Of a stretch of DNA of 64,000 nucleotides, positions 10,723 through 22,351 are shown piece by piece. The position numbers were made by a program, and so were the translations under genes. The notes below the pieces were generated by a model, which saw nothing but the letters and a program-made list of their open reading frames with translations, was not told where the DNA came from and did not search any database. Numbering within the stretch: position 1 is the stretch's first letter; each line of letters opens with the position of its first letter. Source of the DNA: an uncultured archaeon (GTDB lineage: Archaea; Thermoproteota; Bathyarchaeia; Bathyarchaeales; Bathycorpusculaceae); contig CAWENF010000027.1 of the NCBI GenBank assembly GCA_963810275.1, positions 1-64,000 on the forward strand. The letters are read 5' to 3'.

Positions 10723-11469
10723 TTGATTTCCCTTTCTGGCTAAAGGCTGCTTTCTTTACGTTATCCATCGCTTCACCCATAGCTGTTGTGAGGAGTTTTT
10801 CGGGATTGCCGATTGAGGCTTCGACTTGTGGGTCATATTTGATGGCGCCTAAATATTTGAGCCCCAGCTTCTGCGTTTCAAGTTGCACCGCATTGGAATC
10901 AGCCATCTTCATATTCTCGGCGACACCTACAATAGGCATTTTTAATTCAACAAGCAGCGAAGCCTGCTTTTTGACAACTTCAAAAGCAAGCAACGATGGC
11001 GTTGTAACTATAAGAAATTCTATCCGTTTTACAAACCGAACCAAATCCAGCACGGCATCGCCAATCCCCGGCGGCATATCAATAACTAAGATAGTCGAGT
11101 TCGCCCCACTGCGTAACCGTTAACAACTCAATTAAGGCGTTAGATACGTCTACTCCTCGGAGTGGCGCTGGATCTGTCGCCGACAAAGTAAACAAGCGAC
11201 ATATACTCTAAGCCATCCACTGTGGCGGGCACCAACCCCTTCTCCTCGGTGGGTTGAACAGATTTAGGAACACCCAAAATGATATGCGTTGAGGGACCCG
11301 TGAAGTCCACATCAAACAAGCCTACTCGGCAACCATCTTTAGCCAACGAAAGAGCCAATGCAGTGGCAACCATGCTTTTGCCCACTCCGCCTTTGCCGCT
11401 TGAAACAGCCACAATCCTTTTAACCCTCGCCAAACGCTTCGAAATGACGCTTGTGCGGGGATCAATCAA
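10712..11469 (-). CDS. Mrp/MinD-family ATPase, likely ATPase-type HypB partner of HypA (frameshifted near 11150)
   Basis: SSGKGGVGKS, DVDFTGPS, DMPPG, ENM; overlaps the hypA stop; lacks the CxxC Fe-S motif of typical Mrp/ApbC. Confidence 0.8.
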
Positions 11470-11873
11470 TCTTGTTTGGCTCCTTTTAGATCTTCAAGCC
11501 AGACGCCGCGTCCAGAAGCGATTTCGAAGTCGGGACTGCTGCATTTCGGGCATTTTATATAGGTGTGGGCGACTTCGGGGACGAAGTGGATTGCTTCTGC
11601 ATAGGATTTGTCGATTTTTTTGGTGTTATAGTTCCATGTGGCTCCGCAGACTCGGCATTTTAGTTGGGATTTGGCTTTTAGAATTCGGAATTTTGTGTGG
11701 TTAAAGAAGCCGCCTTCGCTTAGCTGCTTGAGTGCAAAGCGCAGTATGGGGCGGTCGATGCCTTGTAATTCGCCCACTCTGATGGTGACTTCAGAAACCG
11801 ACGTTAAATGCTCCTGATCCGCGATTTGCCGAGCTGAAGTGAGAACTGCTTCTGCTAATGCCCATTCATGCAT
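11466..11873 (-). CDS. hypA: Hydrogenase maturation nickel metallochaperone HypA
   Basis: MHEWALAE start at 11873; CRVC...CPKC zinc site. Confidence 0.93.
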   Translation of the reverse strand: MHEWALAEAVLTSARQIADQEHLTSVSEVTIRVGELQGIDRPILRFALKQLSEGGFFNHTKFRILKAKSQLKCRVCGATWNYNTKKIDKSYAEAIHFVPEVAHTYIKCPKCSSPDFEIASGRGVWLEDLKGAKQD

Positions 11874-11982
11874 ACCTAATCTTCGACGCTGGATAATAAA
11901 AAAATATTGCATCTGAGCCCAGTCAAGTAGGTTTAAATCGGAAAGCTGATTCAACAATGAATACGCTTAGAGGTGCAGTTTT

Positions 11983-12547
11983 TTGGAGAAACAAATTAAC
12001 GTCTTAGCTTTCGCTGGAAGCCTCCGAAGAGGCTCATATAACAAGGCGCTTATCCGAGCCGCCGTCGAAGTCGCCCCCCCAAACATCGAGTGTGAAAACC
12101 TATGATTTGGAAGGGCTGCCCTTATACAACATGGACTTTGAGGATTCGCCGCCGCCTAAGCTGGTGGAATTCAAAACCAAAATTCGCCAATCAGACGCCC
12201 TGCTGATTGCAACCCCCGAATACAACTTTTCAGTTCCAGGAGTGCTCAAAAACGCCATCGATGTTGCGTCCCGCCCAAAAAAAGACACACCCCTACTGGG
12301 CAAACCCGTGGCAATCATGAGTGCATCTACAGGCAGGTTAGGAGGGGCACGGGCACAGTATCATCTGCGGCAGGTCTTCCTGTTTTTGGACATGCATGCG
12401 GTCAACAAGCCTGAAGTAATGCTATCGGATGCGGCACATAACGTGGATGAAAACGGGCGGGTAACTAACGAGGTGACAAGGCAACTGGTTAGGAAGCTTC
12501 TGGAGGCGCTTGCGGAATGGACAATCAAACTCCAAACCAGCCGCTAA
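11983..12547 (+). CDS. NADPH-dependent FMN reductase (flavodoxin fold; frameshift near 12075-12092)
   Basis: Upstream frame gives LAFAGSLRRGSYN; the ORF gives ATPEYNFSVPGVLKNAID and GGARAQYHLRQ. Confidence 0.88.
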
Positions 12548-12613
12548 AACTGCAAGCGCGTTAGTGCAAAGCCTTAAAACAAGCTACTGCCACGTGTATG
12601 ATTAGCGAATCCT

Positions 12614-13912
12614 ATGAAAGTCATAGCGGACCTGCACATCCACGGTAGATATAGCCGCGCAACCAGCGAACAGATGAGCTTGGGAGAAACAGCGAAGTAT
12701 GCCAAAATAAAAGGACTAAACCTTGTGGGTACAGGCGACTTCACCCATCCGATGTGGTTTAAAGATATAAAAACTGAACTTGTAGCCGACGATATCTCAA
12801 GCTTGTTTAAACTCACCGAAGTCGATTCACCTGTGCGGTTCATGCTGCAAACCGAAGTCTGTACCATCTTCAACTACAAGGGTGACTCCAAAAAAATCCA
12901 CCACGTCATCCTAACCCCCGGCTTAGAGGAAGCCGAGCAAATCAACGAGCGTCTAAAAACGTTTGGCGACTTAGCTGTTGACGGCAGACCCACCCTCAAC
13001 GCTACGGCGCCGCAGTTGGTGGAGGAAATCATGGCGGTTTCCGAGGGCAACATGGTTTTTCCAGCGCACGTTTGGACGCCGTGGTTTAGCCTGTTTGGGG
13101 CCTTCAGCGGCTTTAACACTGTCGAAGACTGCTATCAGGACATGACCAAACACATTCACGCACTCGAAACAGGGCTTTCATCTGATCCGCCAATGAACTG
13201 GCGCCTCAGCAGCCTTGACCGCTTCACTCTCTTATCGAACAGTGACTGCCACAGCTTCTGGCCTTGGCGCATAGGCAGGGAAGCCAATGTGTTTGACCTC
13301 CCCGACTTAACTTACAATCACGTATTATCAGCCATCTGCGACAACGACCCAGAACGCTTCAAATTCACAATAGAAACCGACCCAGCCTACGGCAAATACC
13401 ACTGGACGGGGCACCGCAACTGCAAAGTATCGTTGTCGCCTGGGGAGGCAATGAAGTTTGGAAACGTCTGCCCCGTGTGCCGCCGTAGACTCACAAAAGG
13501 CGTCAATCAACGCGTAGAGGAGTTGGCAGATAGACCAGCAGACTACCAGCGCCCAGGCGTGCCTGGTTTTAGGCGGTTGCTACCGCTTAGCGAAGTCATC
13601 TCCGCAGTGGTCGGAACGGATTCTCCTTCTATTCAGGCGGTTTGGAAGCCGTATATGGCGCTGGTTGGCAAGTTCGGTGACGAATACACCGTCTTGATTG
13701 ATACTCCAAAGGAGGATATGGCGGCGCTTGTTGACCCAGCGATTGCGGAGGCGGTTGTACGGGTCAGGGAGGGCGCTGCGAAGGTGACTCCAGGCTACGA
13801 CGGCGTCTACGGGCAACTGGTGCTCGGTGTGGAGACAGCTAAAGCCAAATCCAAACCAAAGGCAGTGCCGAAGGTGCAGCAGCGCAGCATGAGTGACTTC
13901 TTCGGAAACTAA
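12614..13912 (+). CDS. Endonuclease Q family (PHP domain plus zinc site)
   Basis: ADLHIHGRYS, GTGD, PAHVWTPW, ETGLSSD, SNSDCHS, GKYHWTGHRNC...CPVC, PGYDGVYG. Confidence 0.9.
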   Translation: MKVIADLHIHGRYSRATSEQMSLGETAKYAKIKGLNLVGTGDFTHPMWFKDIKTELVADDISSLFKLTEVDSPVRFMLQTEVCTIFNYKGDSKKIHHVILTPGLEEAEQINERLKTFGDLAVDGRPTLNATAPQLVEEIMAVSEGNMVFPAHVWTPWFSLFGAFSGFNTVEDCYQDMTKHIHALETGLSSDPPMNWRLSSLDRFTLLSNSDCHSFWPWRIGREANVFDLPDLTYNHVLSAICDNDPERFKFTIETDPAYGKYHWTGHRNCKVSLSPGEAMKFGNVCPVCRRRLTKGVNQRVEELADRPADYQRPGVPGFRRLLPLSEVISAVVGTDSPSIQAVWKPYMALVGKFGDEYTVLIDTPKEDMAALVDPAIAEAVVRVREGAAKVTPGYDGVYGQLVLGVETAKAKSKPKAVPKVQQRSMSDFFGN

Positions 13913-13966
13913 CCCAAACGCATCCTTTAATTGCACCGCAAACCTAGAATTTTGTGGCAGATTACT

Positions 13967-15352
13967 TTGAAAGACCTTCTCACAAAAATCATAGATGCCG
14001 CAACCGCCAAACTTGGCGCACAGTATGCTGAGGCGCGGATGCAGAGGCTTACAAAAACCAGTCTCTCGCTAAAGGAGATGCGCGTTGAAGCGGCAAAGCA
14101 GGGTATCGAATCAGGCGTGGCAATTCGGGTGCTGGTTGATGGCGCTTGGGGGTTTGCCTCTGTTGGCTCCACCGATTCCATGATTCTTGAAACAGCCACA
14201 TCGGATGCTTGTCGCATGGCAAAACTCGCCAGTACACGCCTCAAGAACCCAATTAAGTTGGCACCAATCAAAACCGTCCAAGACCACGTGGAAGCCAAAC
14301 CCAAAATAAACCCTGCAGATGTATCCATGGAGAACAAAATTAAGACGCTTATGTTAATCAACAAAACTAGTCTCGGCTTTGACGGGAGCATAAAAAGCTG
14401 TGGGGTGGACTACATGGACCTCACCGGCAGCACACTTTTTATGAACAGTGAGGGCACCCAAATCCAGCAGGACAAACTCTATGTCTGGGCACGACTCACA
14501 GCATCAGCGGAAAGCAGCGGCGTATTCACTTTCAGTAGAGAAGAACTCGGCTCCACCAGCGGCTGGGAAGCCTTTGACGCCCAATCCCCCGAGGAGCTCG
14601 GCAGAAAAGTCGCTGAAAGAGCAGCCATGCAGTTAACCGCGAAAAACCCGAAGGGCGGCAAAGCCCCCGTCGTTTTGGGGCCCAACGTAGTAGGCGTATT
14701 TGTACATGAAGCGTTTGGGCATCTTGCAGAAGCGGATTTGGCGTTAAGTGGCGGAATCTTGGCAAACAACATGGGCAAAAAACTCGGTTCAGAATTAGTC
14801 ACCTTCTACGACGACGGTACAATAAACGGAAGCTTCGGCGCCTACCGATATGACGACGAAGGCGTGCCAAGCCACAAAACCCTCCTAATCAAGGACGGCG
14901 TGGTGGCGGGGTTGATGCATAACCGAGAAACCGCCCACAAATTTGGAGTGGAACCCACAGGCAACGCCCGAGCCGAAGACTTCCGTGTCGAACCGATTAT
15001 CCGCATGCGATGTACATACATGGCGCCCCAAGACCAAACCATAGACGAGCTACTGGCGGGTGTCAAGGATGGCTACTACTTTAAGAGCTTCCGAGGGGGA
15101 CAAGCCAGCTTAGATGGCACCTTTCAGGTCGGTATACAGGAAGGCTACGAAATTAAAAACGGCGAATTAGGCGCAGCCGTGCGAAACGCATCCATAAGCG
15201 GCAACACACTTGAAACCCTGTATAAAGTGGACGGCGTAGGCAAAGATTTTAGTTTGGATCCGGGCAGGTGTGGAAAGGGTCAGGTAGCGTTTATCTGTGA
15301 TGGTGGTCCGCACATACGTATTAATGAGGTGGTTGTTGGTGGTAGCGCTTGA
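13967..15352 (+). CDS. tldD: TldD metalloprotease
   Basis: HEAFGH motif, DDEGV, GRCGK-GQ...GGPH; TTG start preferred over 13931. Confidence 0.9.
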   Translation: MKDLLTKIIDAATAKLGAQYAEARMQRLTKTSLSLKEMRVEAAKQGIESGVAIRVLVDGAWGFASVGSTDSMILETATSDACRMAKLASTRLKNPIKLAPIKTVQDHVEAKPKINPADVSMENKIKTLMLINKTSLGFDGSIKSCGVDYMDLTGSTLFMNSEGTQIQQDKLYVWARLTASAESSGVFTFSREELGSTSGWEAFDAQSPEELGRKVAERAAMQLTAKNPKGGKAPVVLGPNVVGVFVHEAFGHLAEADLALSGGILANNMGKKLGSELVTFYDDGTINGSFGAYRYDDEGVPSHKTLLIKDGVVAGLMHNRETAHKFGVEPTGNARAEDFRVEPIIRMRCTYMAPQDQTIDELLAGVKDGYYFKSFRGGQASLDGTFQVGIQEGYEIKNGELGAAVRNASISGNTLETLYKVDGVGKDFSLDPGRCGKGQVAFICDGGPHIRINEVVVGGSA

Positions 15353-16703
15353 AAAAATCGTTTTAGCCCGCATAGCGGAGGATTCCGTTAAAGCAGCAGT
15401 TAAGCTGGGCGCAGCAGAGGCAGAGGTGTACGTGTATGAGGGGCAAGCCACCAGCATCGGCGTGGAGTTGGGGCAAATCAGCAAAACCAACCGCATCATC
15501 GACCGAGGCGTCGGTATCCGTGTCGCCCAAGACAAAGCCATAGGGTTTGCTTACACCAACTTACTTGACAGCCAAGAAGCCATCGCAGACGCCGCCGCAA
15601 GAGCACTGAGTGCTGCGCGGGCAAGCAGACCAGACCCCAACTGGAACGGGTTGCCGCAAAAAAAGCACGGTAACGCAGTGGAGGGCACGTTTGACCAGAA
15701 AATCTTAGACCTAAGCCCTGAAGACCTCGTCTTGGTAACCACACAAATGCTTGACTCCGCAAGCGAGGTGGATAAGAGGGCGTTTCCAGTGGAGGGCGGC
15801 GTGGGGAGCGGCTACGTCGCGGTGGCAATCGCCAACTCCAACGGCGTAGCAGCATACGACCGAGGTACCATCGTGGAGTGTAGCTTGGCGGCGCTGGCAA
15901 AAGACGCTGGGGCAGTTACTCCTATATGCTTCGAATTTGACGCCTCCAGAAACCTCAGCCTTAATCCAAAGTGGGTGGGCAGCGAAGCAGCAAAACTAGC
16001 CATTAAAGCCCTAAAACCTAAGCCTGTAGAAAGCAAAACCTCAACAGTAATATTCACTCAGTTCGCCCTGCAAGACTTGTTCAGCTACACGTTGATGGGC
16101 GCAGTTAAAGCCGATTGCGTGCAGCGGGGGCAGTCGCCATTTAAAGACAAGATCGGCACGCAAGTAGCCTCCAAAGAGTTAACGGTCTACGATGATGGGC
16201 TGCTACCGAATGGGCTACGCACGTCGGTTTTCGACGGCGAAGGTGTACCCCACCAGACAACCCCCGTCATCGAAAAAGGTATACTGAAAAGCTTCCTCTA
16301 CGACAACTACTCAGCCAAAAAAGACGGCGTCGAAAGCACAGGCAACGCAAGCCGAGCAGGCTACTTGGGTACGCCAAGCCTTGACACCACAAATTTCCGT
16401 GTCCTGCCCCAAACCAAAACCGCCGAGCAAATGCTCTCCGAGGTGGATGACGGCTTTATTGTGTATTACTTGCAGGGTGCGCACAGCAGTAACCCTGTGA
16501 GCGGCGAATTCTCGGTCGTGGCTACGCCATGTTGGAAAGTGAGAGACGGCGAAGTGGAGCATAGCTGCCGAGGCGTAATGTTGGCAGGCAACATCTTTGA
16601 ACTACTCAGAAACATCATAGTTGTCGGCGGGAACGAGCGGCAGATGGGTTCGCTGGTTGCGCCTTGGGTGGTCGTGGATAACGTGCGGGTAATCGGTAAG
16701 TAG
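15339..16703 (+). CDS. pmbA: PmbA/TldE partner subunit
   Basis: FDGEG, STGNA, SGEFS; no HExxH; follows tldD; start approximate. Confidence 0.88.
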   Translation: MVALEKIVLARIAEDSVKAAVKLGAAEAEVYVYEGQATSIGVELGQISKTNRIIDRGVGIRVAQDKAIGFAYTNLLDSQEAIADAAARALSAARASRPDPNWNGLPQKKHGNAVEGTFDQKILDLSPEDLVLVTTQMLDSASEVDKRAFPVEGGVGSGYVAVAIANSNGVAAYDRGTIVECSLAALAKDAGAVTPICFEFDASRNLSLNPKWVGSEAAKLAIKALKPKPVESKTSTVIFTQFALQDLFSYTLMGAVKADCVQRGQSPFKDKIGTQVASKELTVYDDGLLPNGLRTSVFDGEGVPHQTTPVIEKGILKSFLYDNYSAKKDGVESTGNASRAGYLGTPSLDTTNFRVLPQTKTAEQMLSEVDDGFIVYYLQGAHSSNPVSGEFSVVATPCWKVRDGEVEHSCRGVMLAGNIFELLRNIIVVGGNERQMGSLVAPWVVVDNVRVIGK

Positions 16704-17145
16704 CTGTGCTACAGTTTGGGATTGAAGTAGCTTGTTTTGGCTTTCACATAGTCAAAATACACGGTAGCCGGCGACGTCGCTATCGGGGTTGGGTTGCGAG
16801 GGAAAATGGTGAACTAACCAGAAGCTGTCTCTGCCGTCGGCGCTTCGGTACAAATTGTAGTTGATGTCACCAGCAAAAGAGGTTGTCTTTGGAAGTGAAA
16901 GCGGACGTGCACATCTGTCCCGGAAAGGCCGAAACCGCACCGAGTTTAATGAGAAAAAACCAAAATAAAAACATCTAGTACAACCATAAACTTTGTTTTA
17001 GAAATAACTATACTTCAATGATTAGCCGCCTAAAGCAGTGATTCAACAGGTAAGAAGTAGTCGGTTAACTCTTGCCTTAAACGCACGGTTACAAATAGGC
17101 AACAAAACCTTCTAGACGAAAATGAGATGTATATTTTTCTGCAAC

Positions 17146-18372
17146 TTATGGGTTGATTGCTTGGGTGGTTTTAGCCCAGAAACTCTTGCTGTACTCACCC
17201 AGTACGCCTTCGTAGATGCGACGGGTTTGTTGAGCAATCTTTTCCCAGTCATAACGTTCCAGCACCCGCTTGTAAGCATTATCCCGAACGTAGCGAGCAA
17301 AGTCTACGTCCAACAGCACCTTGGTTATACCCCAAGCCAACGAGTCAGGGTTATTAGGGTAAACCTTGACGCCCGTAACGTCATGCTCAACGATTTCCGA
17401 CAAGCCACCCGTGTCCGAAACCACAACGGAACTCTTTGCCGCCATAGCCTCCAAAGCCACAATACCAAACGGCTCAAATAACGACGGCACAACCGACACA
17501 TCCGCCACCCGCTGCAATTTCAACAGCGATGGCTCATCAAGGAAGCCCTGGAAAAGCACCTTATGCTCCAACCCCATGCTGCGCACGATGTTTAGCAACT
17601 GCTCCTTCATGTAGCCGCTGCCCACTATGATAAATTTAGCGTTAACTTTGCTGAGTATCTTAGGCGCGGCATTAATGAGCACATGGATACCTTTCTCGTA
17701 GACGAGACGACCCACGAACAACACGATTTTTTCTTCAGGCAGGGCGAATCGGCTACGGAACTCCGCCAAATCAAAGTCACCTTCGTAGTTATGGGTGTTC
17801 ACACCGTTTGGCACCATTACCAGCTTGTCATTGGGTAACCCGAACACGTATTTCACGTGGTTGATCATGTAGTTACTGCAGCAGATGACTTTCCAAGCTT
17901 CATATGTGAGCCATGCTTCGGTCTCGTGAATCATCTTTTCCGCAGTGGTATGGAGTCCGTCGCGGCGTCCCATCTCAGTGGAGTGCATGGTTACCAGCAG
18001 AGGTTTACGGAAAACATGCTTCAAACCTATGCCTGCGTCTGCAACAAGCCAGTCATGGGCATGTATAACGTCGATTTTGTTGCCGATTTTCTTCATCAGC
18101 GCAGCCGTTTCCCGTTGCATATTCATGTTCATGAGATAAACCCATGTGCCAAAATCAGGCGAGGGGCTCTTGTAGGAGTCGATGCGGTAGACTTCTACAC
18201 CGTCGATGACTTCGTGTGATGGTGCGCCGGGGAAGTCGCAGGTGACCACGTAGACTTTGACGTTCTGTTTAGCTAAGTGTTTGCTTAAAAAGTAAATATG
18301 AGGCGATATACCTCCAATGACTCTGGGTGGATACTCCCAGCTGAGCATCAAAACAGACAGCTTATGTTGCAT
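17146..18372 (-). CDS. GT4 glycosyltransferase (glycogen-related)
   Basis: SWEYPPRVIGG, HAHDW, HSTE, FVGRLVYEKG, EPFGIVALEAM. Confidence 0.9.
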   Translation of the reverse strand: MQHKLSVLMLSWEYPPRVIGGISPHIYFLSKHLAKQNVKVYVVTCDFPGAPSHEVIDGVEVYRIDSYKSPSPDFGTWVYLMNMNMQRETAALMKKIGNKIDVIHAHDWLVADAGIGLKHVFRKPLLVTMHSTEMGRRDGLHTTAEKMIHETEAWLTYEAWKVICCSNYMINHVKYVFGLPNDKLVMVPNGVNTHNYEGDFDLAEFRSRFALPEEKIVLFVGRLVYEKGIHVLINAAPKILSKVNAKFIIVGSGYMKEQLLNIVRSMGLEHKVLFQGFLDEPSLLKLQRVADVSVVPSLFEPFGIVALEAMAAKSSVVVSDTGGLSEIVEHDVTGVKVYPNNPDSLAWGITKVLLDVDFARYVRDNAYKRVLERYDWEKIAQQTRRIYEGVLGEYSKSFWAKTTQAINP

Positions 18373-19004
18373 TCCGCTTTGCCTCCGCAACTTTACCATA
18401 TATTTTTAGCATGTCTGCCACCCAACTCTCCGAATTAACGTCGATAACAGATATTTTGTCTTCAGGCACTTGGTAGATGTGGTTAACTTCTTCTTTCATC
18501 CACTCTGACTTTACAACCGCCATCTGTGACTCGTAGAAACCCAGCCACTCAATGCTTTTAATTGCCAAGTTATATGGCGAGCTAGCAGTTGGGGAACGGT
18601 GATCTTCTAAGCTTTCCACCGAGTAGATGAATGGGATTCCTAAACCGTTTTTGAGAGTAACCGCTGCTGGGATGAAGTGCCAGTCGAATACATCGATTAA
18701 ATCGATTTTCTTGTTGGCACTGTAGTAGATGTTTGCTGCTAGCCCGCTCAACCTCTTGATTGAGCGTGAGAACCCAAGTGAGGACGCCTATGTGGGTTTT
18801 AACTGGGTTAGTTACTCGGTAGGTTTTAACACCGCCTTCAAGAGTTTCGGTAATGGCGTGCTCGTCGTAGGTGACTACGTTTACCTCGAATTTTTTTTTA
18901 GCCAATGCTGTGGATAGGGTTTTAACGTAGTCAGAGAGTTGACCAACCACCCGAGGAGGGTACTCCCAAGAGAAAACGATGGTGCGCAGCATGGTTTTTT
19001 CCAT
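18362..19004 (-). CDS. GT4 N-terminal-domain-only protein (frameshift near 18745)
   Basis: SWEYPPRVVGQL then DVFDWH...VESLE in a second frame; no C-terminal donor-binding domain. Confidence 0.65.
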
Positions 19005-19256
19005 CTAAGTGAACAGCGAGCAGACCTTAATTATTCCTCTACCGTTTAGGTAATACCTATTTTTACCTTCATTATCTATGAAGCTTTCAGCAAACCCCTC
19101 GTCTTTGTAGCGGTCTAAAATATTCTCGATTTCTTGGGGGTCCATCTTCAGCAGTCGAGCAACCTCGTCGCCTCTCCGTGCCAAGTCGGCGGCGGTGGCG
19201 CATAGGTTGTGGAGTGTCTGCAGAACTCTGTCAGGAAACGGTAGTTCCTCTCTCAT
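19005..19256 (-). CDS. Small winged-helix protein
   Basis: DEVARLLKMDPQEIENIL...RYYLNGRG; lies within the glycogen operon. Confidence 0.55.
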   Translation of the reverse strand: MREELPFPDRVLQTLHNLCATAADLARRGDEVARLLKMDPQEIENILDRYKDEGFAESFIDNEGKNRYYLNGRGIIKVCSLFT

Positions 19257-19316
19257 TTCACATGCACCATTTAAGAGATAGTACAGCGGCTAACGTTAAT
19301 AAACGCATACGAACCA

Positions 19317-20858
19317 CTACCAGAGCTGAAGAGCCTCTTGTAGTTTGCCTGTTTGTGTGGTTAACCATTTTTTTACTGCGGAGGCCAACGCTTTGCGTAG
19401 CGTCTCACCCTTCAAAGCTCGGAGAGCCTGAATTTGGTCTGCTAAAACGCTGTCTCTGAGCGACCATCGCGCCCAGTTTTCAAAGTCGTTGTTGGAACTG
19501 TGAAACTCTAACGCCGCCGCATCCACCACCTCTACGGCGCTAAGAAAGCCTTTGAGGCTCCAAGCTAACACGCCTGTGTAGTATTTCTCCCCTACCCCTG
19601 TGTAGAAGAGAAACGGTTCGTTCGCTGTTAAAATTGTCAAACGTAGACGTGCCTCGAAGTCATTTAAGAGGGTCTGAGCAGCCACAAACGCATCCATAGG
19701 AGACTCATACGGACTAAAGTAACTATGGACGTCTCCTGGGCCGCCACCCGCTGTGAACATGTAGTAGAGGTGGTCGCTCGTCTGGAAATCCCTCCACAGT
19801 CGCAGAAACTCCTCATCGCCTGATTCTCTAATAAACGGATCCAGCCTACATAGTGTATTGTAATATGCCCACTGCATAACGTTGCCTAGCCAGCCAGACT
19901 GGTCGCGTTTGATGTCTGCCCAGGAAACAGTACCCTCAGCTTCTGGCACATCCACTTCGCCTGCAGAAGAGTGTTTCTCTACCACTTCTTTTGGCGTCAC
20001 CATTTTGAGGTGTTCGAACTTGAGGATTTCCTCAGGCAAATGCTGCAGAAAACTGTGGATCCCTGTTTCAGGCCAGTGATGCTCCCCAAAAGTTTCGTAG
20101 TCGGGGAATATGTTGATAACTTCACCTTTGGTTGTTGCGAGCCAATCGGCATATTTGGATGCAGTCAGCGGCCACTCGGGCCACCAACGGGCGGAGAAAC
20201 GGAAGCCTACATCGTCGGTTAACTTATAGTTGCGCAAAAGCACACGGATTTTTTTAGCGCCCTTTGGGGAATAGATGAAGTTGGGTGATTTTTCACCCAA
20301 GATTTTCTCGATGCCCTCAGTGTATATACCGCGATAGCCCATGTCTTCGACGACTTTTGCTATGGTGTTGTTGAATAGCAACTCGGTGTTTTCAAAGGTG
20401 GTTGTGGTGTAGCTTAGGAGATCTTTTACTGTTTGCTTATGCATAAGGGATTGTTGAATAAATTCCTCTTTTTCGGGGTAAAGGCTAGCGATGGAGTGGT
20501 AGTAGGTTTGGTTTAGGAACTCTACCTGCCCTGAAGCGGCAAGTTGACGGAAAGACTCCAGCAGGTCTTTGTCAAACATTTCGCATTGCTCCAAGAAAAC
20601 TCCGCTTAGGCTAAACGAAAATTTAGCGGGTTTTTTTTCGTGTTTGCAGCGTTCCACAGCGTCTAGGATTATTTGGTTTGAGGGGTAGTAGCATTTGCGT
20701 GCGGCGCGTTTGAAGATTTCTCGGTCAGCTTCGTTATCGAAATAGTAGTTGAAGAGTTCTTGTTTTGTTTGGCGCCTAAACGTTTTCCCTTCCCAGAACA
20801 GGTTGCGTCGTAGCCGGTGGGGCTGGTGGACTTCAAAGACAAACACAATATCAGTCAA
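19317..20858 (-). CDS. GH57 alpha-amylase with C-terminal DUF5752
   Basis: FEVHQP, QTYYHS, FENTEL, DYETFGEH, SWAD, QTSDH. Confidence 0.92.
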   Translation of the reverse strand: MTDIVFVFEVHQPHRLRRNLFWEGKTFRRQTKQELFNYYFDNEADREIFKRAARKCYYPSNQIILDAVERCKHEKKPAKFSFSLSGVFLEQCEMFDKDLLESFRQLAASGQVEFLNQTYYHSIASLYPEKEEFIQQSLMHKQTVKDLLSYTTTTFENTELLFNNTIAKVVEDMGYRGIYTEGIEKILGEKSPNFIYSPKGAKKIRVLLRNYKLTDDVGFRFSARWWPEWPLTASKYADWLATTKGEVINIFPDYETFGEHHWPETGIHSFLQHLPEEILKFEHLKMVTPKEVVEKHSSAGEVDVPEAEGTVSWADIKRDQSGWLGNVMQWAYYNTLCRLDPFIRESGDEEFLRLWRDFQTSDHLYYMFTAGGGPGDVHSYFSPYESPMDAFVAAQTLLNDFEARLRLTILTANEPFLFYTGVGEKYYTGVLAWSLKGFLSAVEVVDAAALEFHSSNNDFENWARWSLRDSVLADQIQALRALKGETLRKALASAVKKWLTTQTGKLQEALQLW

Positions 20859-20986
20859 ACTTTTCGCCTATCCAAAATGGAGTGTGCGATCTATTTATCT
20901 GTAATTTACCCTTCATTTCATGGTATTTCTCATATTTTGTTCTGTAGACTTTAAAGTTTATTTGGCGTTTTTAAAGCAAAGCTTTA

Positions 20987-22351
20987 ATGTTTATACCCAG
21001 CTATCATATGGATACGGTCGCTAGCGGCATGCCTCGGGGTAAAGAAGAAATCTACTCAATAATGTTCAGTTCGCTTAAGCACCCCGTACGGCGCAAAATC
21101 CTGCGTGTTCTGGCAGATAAGCCCTTGGCGTTTTCTGACATGCTTGAGCTTTTAGGCATATCTAGCTCCAACTTAACCTACCATCTTGACAGCCTAGGAG
21201 ACCTCGTCTCCAAAGACGAAACCGGTGTCTATAGTCTCTCCACCTTCGGGAAAGCTTCCGTGTCCACCATGAAAATAGTGGAGGAAGCGCCTGAGGTTCA
21301 GCCAAGAAGAGGTAACCATGTAAAACGCAGATGGCAAATAATCTCTGGAGCAATACTAATTGGCTTAATCGTCTGCGCCAGCATGGTTGCAATAGAATTC
21401 TATTCACTAAACCAAGTCAGCGGAGAACTAAACAAGTTAAAGACGGACTATACACAACTGCTTTCTTGGACCAGCACCACTGACGACGCTATAAATTTTC
21501 TCCACGACGTTGTCCAGCTAGACACAACGAAGTATCAAGCCACACTTTTAAGCCGGACCGTCGAAACCCGTAGTGATTTAGGCGGAATACCTGAGGAAGT
21601 GATGCGTTACTCACTGGCCAGTACTGACGATTCGGGGGCTGCAAGTAAACTAAGCGTCTATTTCAGGTTCCTTAACTGCGAGTTTTCAAGGTATCAACTT
21701 TCAGTCGAAGAAGGGTCGCCAATGTATGCTGAGCCCCAATCCCCCTTCGTGTTGGACGCAGCAACAAACATTGTCGAGAGATTACGGAATTACGAAAGCG
21801 GGGCCTACTTAACGAATATGAGTAAGCTTATGTCACTGGCAAGTACTTCAAACACAGTGGACGGAATCGAAATTAAAGTAGGCAACATCAAGCTCAACGC
21901 AACACTCAATGGTGATAGCGGAGAAATTCTGATGGAGTACACTGAAAACGGTGTTGACTTTTCACCAAAAAGCGTGGAGTTAGTTTTTGATAATGGTTTT
22001 TTAAAACAGCTAACTGACGGCTGGCGCTTGTTTAGTATCGGAAGCACCACCGTTACAGTTTCAAGCGACCGTGCGGTGACTTTAGCCAAAAACGCTCTTA
22101 ATGGTTTCCAATGGTCATACAACGGCATGACGGTCTCTGACTTCGAGTATAACCCTGATCCAGCATCGGTTGTTTTCCACCCAAACACCAAAGACGGAGT
22201 ATCACTCTATCCACAATGGACAGTGACATTCTACTTGGATAAGGTGTATGCAGGCGGAGCATACATGATTTCTGTTGCTGTTTGGGCAGATACTGGCGAA
22301 ATAGCGGGGGCACCACAACCGAGAAACAGCCCTCAAACCTTCAGTTTCTAA
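20987..22351 (+). CDS. Membrane-anchored ArsR-type regulator with large extracytoplasmic domain
   Basis: SLKHPVRRKILRVL...SSSNLTYHL, one TM near aa 117-138, then a Ser/Thr-rich domain; start may be at 21029. Confidence 0.7.
   Translation: MFIPSYHMDTVASGMPRGKEEIYSIMFSSLKHPVRRKILRVLADKPLAFSDMLELLGISSSNLTYHLDSLGDLVSKDETGVYSLSTFGKASVSTMKIVEEAPEVQPRRGNHVKRRWQIISGAILIGLIVCASMVAIEFYSLNQVSGELNKLKTDYTQLLSWTSTTDDAINFLHDVVQLDTTKYQATLLSRTVETRSDLGGIPEEVMRYSLASTDDSGAASKLSVYFRFLNCEFSRYQLSVEEGSPMYAEPQSPFVLDAATNIVERLRNYESGAYLTNMSKLMSLASTSNTVDGIEIKVGNIKLNATLNGDSGEILMEYTENGVDFSPKSVELVFDNGFLKQLTDGWRLFSIGSTTVTVSSDRAVTLAKNALNGFQWSYNGMTVSDFEYNPDPASVVFHPNTKDGVSLYPQWTVTFYLDKVYAGGAYMISVAVWADTGEIAGAPQPRNSPQTFSF

Noticed and set aside
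16752-16940. 62-aa minus-strand ORF after pmbA
   Set aside because: No motif or clear start context; at most a gene remnant
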